11,182 bases of DNA from Desulfobacterales bacterium (GTDB taxonomy: Bacteria > Desulfobacterota > Desulfobacteria > Desulfobacterales > G020353555): the NCBI GenBank assembly GCA_020353555.1, contig CP070697.1, positions 979,411-990,592 of the forward strand. Direction: 5' to 3'. The position numbers and the translations under genes were made by a program. Positions 7,700 to 11,182 of this stretch are shown one piece after another (the stretch's first letter is position 1; every line of letters begins with the position of its first letter). The notes below the pieces were generated by a model. That model worked only from the letters and a program-made list of their open reading frames with translations, was not told where the DNA came from and searched no databases.

Positions 7700-7856
7700 C
7701 TTGCTCGCATTTTATGGCGTTTTAAATGAACCGCCCGACGGGCGCGCAGAAGAAGGGTTACATCTGCAAACAATGGTAACCTACCAGGAGCCCATGGCCC
7801 GCAAGGCAAGCTCCGTCGACCGCCCTTGCCGCAATGGGGAGCGATCCCAGGGCGGC

Positions 7857-9146
7857 TCACAGCGGTTTGTAACCGAAGTATACGGGAATGGCCATGACCA
7901 GATCTCCCCAGTAAGTGCAGATCAACAGCACCGCGATGGAGGCCAGCAGAAAGGGAAAGATGGCCCGGGACAATCTTTCCAGATTGGTCTGTCCGATGGA
8001 ACAGGCGATAAACAAACAAACCCCTACCGGGGGCGTGGTCAATCCGATTACCAGGTTGAGCACCAGGATGACTCCGAAGTGCAGCGGGTCCACGCCGATC
8101 TGCTTCATCAGGGGTAGAAGGACCGGGGTCAGGATGATGAGCGACGCGGTGGTTTCCATGAAGGTGCCCACGATGAGCAGAACCAGGTTGAGCAGCAGCA
8201 GGATCAGATATTTGTTGGCGGTCAGCGCTAAAATGGCGTGCGTGACTTTCTGGGGTACCTCTTCGGCCGCCAGAACCCAGGAGAAGATGCTGGCCATGGC
8301 GATGACCAGCATGACCAGGGAGCTGGTGGCGCCGGTGTTGATCAGGATGCGCGGTAGATCCCGGAAGCGGATGTCCCGGTAGACGAAAATGCTGAGGGCC
8401 AGGGCGTAAAACACGGCGATACAGGCGCTTTCGGTGGGCGTAAAAATGCCGCTGAGAATACCGCCCAGGATAATGATCGGCAGCATCAGAACGAGCGCCG
8501 CGTCGACGACGGCCTTGGCCGCCTCTTTCAAAGAGGGCAGGCCGCCTTTGGGATATTGGCGCGTTTTGGCATAATAGCCCACAACCCCCATCTGAAACAG
8601 ACCCAGCAATATCCCCGGCACAAATCCGGCCAGAAAAAGAGAAGCGATGGAGACCTCTCCCAACACGCCGTAAATGATAAAGGGAATGGAGGGCGGAATG
8701 ATCGGGCCGATCGTGGAGGAGGTAGCGGTCACCGCCGCCGCAAAATCGATGTCGTAGCCTTCCTTTTGCATGGCCGGGATGAGGATGGAGCCGACCGCGC
8801 TGGTGTCGGCCACGGCGGCTCCGGTAATACCGGCGAAGAACATGCTGATGACCACGTTGATGTATGCCAGGCCGCCCCGCAGCCATCCGACCAGAATATT
8901 ACAGAACCCCAGCAGCCGTGCGGTCATGCCGCTGGCACTCATGATGTTGCCGGCCAATATGAAGAAGGGCACGGCCATCAGGATGGGAGAGTCGATACCC
9001 GTAAAAATTTGCTGCGCGGCCAGAATCAGGGGGGTTTCCCCTTTGACCAACATGGCCATTAACGGGGTCAGGCCGAGAATAAATGCCACCGGTACCGCGA
9101 CCAGCAGAAAGAAAATAAAAGCGGCGATCAGGGTCGGGATAACCAT
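7857..9146 (-). CDS. dctM: TRAP transporter large permease subunit (DctM family), 429 aa
   Basis: The polytopic membrane protein carries the conserved DctM N-terminus (PLILAAQQIFTGIDSPILMAVPFFILAGNIMSASGMTARLL). Its start lies 22 bp after the dctQ stop on the same strand. Confidence 0.92.
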   Translation of the reverse strand: MVIPTLIAAFIFFLLVAVPVAFILGLTPLMAMLVKGETPLILAAQQIFTGIDSPILMAVPFFILAGNIMSASGMTARLLGFCNILVGWLRGGLAYINVVISMFFAGITGAAVADTSAVGSILIPAMQKEGYDIDFAAAVTATSSTIGPIIPPSIPFIIYGVLGEVSIASLFLAGFVPGILLGLFQMGVVGYYAKTRQYPKGGLPSLKEAAKAVVDAALVLMLPIIILGGILSGIFTPTESACIAVFYALALSIFVYRDIRFRDLPRILINTGATSSLVMLVIAMASIFSWVLAAEEVPQKVTHAILALTANKYLILLLLNLVLLIVGTFMETTASLIILTPVLLPLMKQIGVDPLHFGVILVLNLVIGLTTPPVGVCLFIACSIGQTNLERLSRAIFPFLLASIAVLLICTYWGDLVMAIPVYFGYKPL

Positions 9147-9167
9147 GGGGCTTACCGGCTTTGCAGG

Positions 9168-9656
9168 CTAGCGACGACATTCGTCTTGGGCCGCCGTTGA
9201 CCGCGGCGGCCGCAAAATCAAAACGATGGTGTGCCAGAGCATGAGGGCGGCACCCGCCGGCACAGCGGCATAGGGAATGGACATGGAAATTCGCAGGGCC
9301 GGACTGATCTGCGCCCGGGTCACCAGCACCAGCTGGATGCCGCCCCAGGTAATCACGGTCAGCAGCAGGGCCACCGCCAGCAGGGCGATCCGGGCCAAGA
9401 CCGCCTGGAGCCGTGGCGGCAGCCGATCCATTACGAACGTCACGGCAATGTGTTGGCCCCGTTTGAGCGCGACCGCAGCCCCCAGCAGCGAAGCCCAAAC
9501 CAGGCAGTAGCGGGCAAATTCCTCCGTCCAAAACAAGGGCAGATTCAGGACATAGCGGAAGATAACCTGCAGAAAGACGACCACCGCCATGGCGGACAGA
9601 ATGACCAGCAGGGCCGCCTCGGTTAGTTGCTGAATGATATCGCTTGCGCGCCGCAT
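9168..9656 (-). CDS. dctQ: TRAP transporter small permease subunit (DctQ family), about 162 aa
   Basis: Four hydrophobic helices and the DctQ-like motif FWTEEFARYCLVWASLLGAAVALKRGQHIAV are present. I chose the ATG at 9656 because AGGA lies 6 nt upstream. The ORF track starts 12 codons earlier at the GTG at 9692, which lacks a Shine-Dalgarno sequence. The gene is immediately upstream of dctM. Confidence 0.85.
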   Translation of the reverse strand: MRRASDIIQQLTEAALLVILSAMAVVVFLQVIFRYVLNLPLFWTEEFARYCLVWASLLGAAVALKRGQHIAVTFVMDRLPPRLQAVLARIALLAVALLLTVITWGGIQLVLVTRAQISPALRISMSIPYAAVPAGAALMLWHTIVLILRPPRSTAAQDECRR

Positions 9657-9722
9657 AATGGTTCCTGCTTCCGCTCGGGGTTTAGGGTTCACGAAAGAAT
9701 AAGTTCACAATTTTAGGCGCTG

Positions 9723-9761
9723 AGGCGCCCGTCTAGCAAGGCGCGAAAACGCAGGAATATC
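9723..9761. promoter_or_regulatory. Nested palindrome (candidate operator) upstream of dctQ
   Basis: The inner element GGAATATC-tg-GATATTCC (9734-9751) is a perfect 8-bp inverted repeat with a 2-bp spacer. Flanking it are the outer inverted arms GCGAAA (9723-9728) and TTTCGC (9756-9761). The whole element sits about 70-100 nt upstream of the dctQ start. Confidence 0.35.
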
Positions 9762-10095
9762 TGGATATTCCGAGCTTTCGCAACGCAGCCAGGCGGGATG
9801 CATCGGCATATAAAATGTGAAATTATTTTTGAGTGAGCCCTTAACTTGGTCGGCTGGTCGGCCAACCGCATGCCTGCGCTGCTTGAGAGTGCCGTTCGTG
9901 CTTTGCAGGGCCGGAAATGGGTCGTTTCGCGACCTGGGCACCCGCGAAACATCCAATTATCTGCCGTTGTGTCTTTGTGTCTTGGTGGCAAAAGCTATGG
10001 TTCCAGCGCCTGCAGATCCGGGGCGAATTGATTTTACTCGAGCGCTCGCCCGCGGCAGGGAGAGCCGTGGGCGCTCCCCGCGTCCCTGTCCGCCA

Positions 10096-11082
10096 TTATT
10101 GGGTGGCTCGGATCTGATCCAGCACCTCTTGCCAGGACGGGTACTTCTGGCCGAACTCCGCGTAGACCGGAGCCATGGCTTCCACAAAGACCGCCTTGTC
10201 CACCGTGCTGACATCCATGCCCTGCGCTTTGAGATCCTCAAGCTGCTTGGCCTCGTTGTCGCGAATCAGCTTGCGTTCATAGGCGGCCGCCTGCAGCGCT
10301 GTGTCGAGCAGGACTTTCTGGTGTTCAGGCTTGAGGGCGTTGAACTTCTTCAGACTCATGGTCAAGGGGGCGGGGGAATAGAAATGCCCGGTCAAACTCA
10401 GGTATTTCTGGACTTCGCTCAATTTGAAGGCATGAATAATGGCCACCGGGTTTTCCTGGCCGTCGATAACGCCGGTCTGCAGGGACGTGTAGACTTCCCC
10501 CCAGCTCATCGGCACGGCCTGGGCGCCCAGCTGGCGGACCGAGGCCAGGTGCACCGGGTTTTCCATGGTGCGGAATTTAAGGCCCTTAAAATCCTCCGGT
10601 TGGGTGAGGGTGCGTTTGGAATTGGTAAAATTGCGAAACCCGTTTTCAAAGAAAGCCAGCCCCTTGATCTGGGCCTTTTCAAGCCCGTCCAGCAATTTTC
10701 GGCCGATCGGGCCGTCGAGAACCTGGTCCACATGCGCATTGCTGGTGAACAGGAAGGGCAGGTCGACTACGCCCATATCCTCGCTGAAATTGGAGACGGG
10801 ACCGGTGGCGGTTACGGCCAGGTCGATGGTGCCCAACTGCAGGCCTTCCAGCACTTCGCGTTCGCCCTTACCCAGTTGGCCGCCGCCATAGACCTTGATG
10901 ATGACCTGCCCCTGGGTGCCTTCCTCCACCAGGCGGGCGAACTCCTTGGCGCCCACGGTGTATGCGTGGTGATCGGGAGTCACCGTCGCCAGCTTCAGCG
11001 TGGTTTGGGCCTGGACCGGCAGGCTGAATAAAAGCGTCATTACCATAAGCAGCGGTAAAGCAAAGTTGATCAGACGTTTCAT
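10096..11082 (-). CDS. dctP: TRAP transporter periplasmic solute-binding subunit (DctP family), 328 aa, with a signal peptide
   Basis: The signal peptide MKRLINFALPLLMVMTLLFSLPVQA-QT is followed by DctP-family sequence (LKLATVTPDHHAYTVGAKEFARLVEEGTQGQV... ENGFRNFTNSKR). The gene is on the same strand as, and upstream of, dctQM. Confidence 0.9.
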   Translation of the reverse strand: MKRLINFALPLLMVMTLLFSLPVQAQTTLKLATVTPDHHAYTVGAKEFARLVEEGTQGQVIIKVYGGGQLGKGEREVLEGLQLGTIDLAVTATGPVSNFSEDMGVVDLPFLFTSNAHVDQVLDGPIGRKLLDGLEKAQIKGLAFFENGFRNFTNSKRTLTQPEDFKGLKFRTMENPVHLASVRQLGAQAVPMSWGEVYTSLQTGVIDGQENPVAIIHAFKLSEVQKYLSLTGHFYSPAPLTMSLKKFNALKPEHQKVLLDTALQAAAYERKLIRDNEAKQLEDLKAQGMDVSTVDKAVFVEAMAPVYAEFGQKYPSWQEVLDQIRATQ

Positions 11083-11182
11083 GGCATTTCCTCCTTTCTC
11101 GGGTCGATTGATTGCAGGAGTCTCCGGCGGGCCGGCCTCGTCTGCGCCTTGGGCCCCTCGGGACGCGCAAACGGCCTGCCTG

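Noticed and set aside
7687-8886. 399-aa - strand ORF overlapping dctM in another frame
   Set aside because: The translation is Arg/His/Gly/Pro-rich nonsense (RRYYRSRRGRHQRGRLHPHPGH...), and the DctM frame has unambiguous family conservation.
9876-9898. Possible sigma54 (-24/-12) promoter for the TRAP permease genes (GGCAC-tctcaa-GC and TGGC-tgcg-TTGC on the - strand)
   Set aside because: The GG to GC spacing is one and three bases short of the strict consensus (TGGCACG-N4-TTGC), and sigma54 promoters do not tolerate spacing changes. No enhancer-binding-protein gene is visible in the window to support it.
9705-9991. 83-aa and 92-aa - strand ORFs lying in the dctP-dctQ spacer
   Set aside because: They use TTG or internal starts without a Shine-Dalgarno sequence, and their Arg/Cys-rich composition lacks hydrophobic or domain character. 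The spacer is better explained as regulatory RNA or DNA, so no CDS is reported.
9817-11031. 404-aa ORF on the + strand covering the whole dctP gene antisense
   Set aside because: The translation is low-complexity and rich in Leu/Arg/Gly/Ala/Gln, with no recognisable domain. It is the typical stop-free antisense shadow of a GC-rich gene, and dctP on the opposite strand has a clear signal peptide and family motifs.
1-11182. Search for CRISPR arrays, tRNA or rRNA genes, IS elements or integrases, and toxin-antitoxin or phage-defence gene pairs
   Set aside because: There are no regularly spaced direct repeats and no tRNA-like cloverleaf candidates. No transposase or integrase-like ORFs are present. 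All gene-sized ORFs are accounted for by transport and metabolic functions.

Overview
GC-rich (~60%) bacterial chromosomal segment made up almost entirely of membrane-transport and metabolic genes. On the + strand there is the 3' part of a sugar-type ABC importer operon: a 5'-truncated MalG/UgpE-like permease, then a MalK/UgpC-like ATPase. It is followed by an IlvD/EDD-family dehydratase. Converging on that dehydratase from the - strand is a two-gene membrane-microdomain module: an NfeD/YqiJ-like protein and a 526-aa flotillin (SPFH) protein with an internal 44-codon tandem duplication. Further along the - strand are a MATE efflux transporter and a complete TRAP transporter (dctP, a 440-bp spacer, dctQ, dctM). 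I found no tRNA or rRNA genes, no CRISPR array, no integrase, transposase or IS signature, and no recognisable defence-system proteins. All ORFs of 60 aa or more outside these eight genes are antisense or alternate-frame shadows of real genes with low-complexity translations. The best candidates for unexplained structure are the non-coding spacers: the highly structured dctP-dctQ spacer (a nested 39-bp palindrome, two tandem octamers and an 8-bp-stem hairpin); a palindrome spanning both stop codons of the convergent dehydratase and flotillin genes; and an unusually long, hairpin-containing permease-ATPase spacer. I do not see a clearly novel protein-coding system and I say so rather than inventing one.
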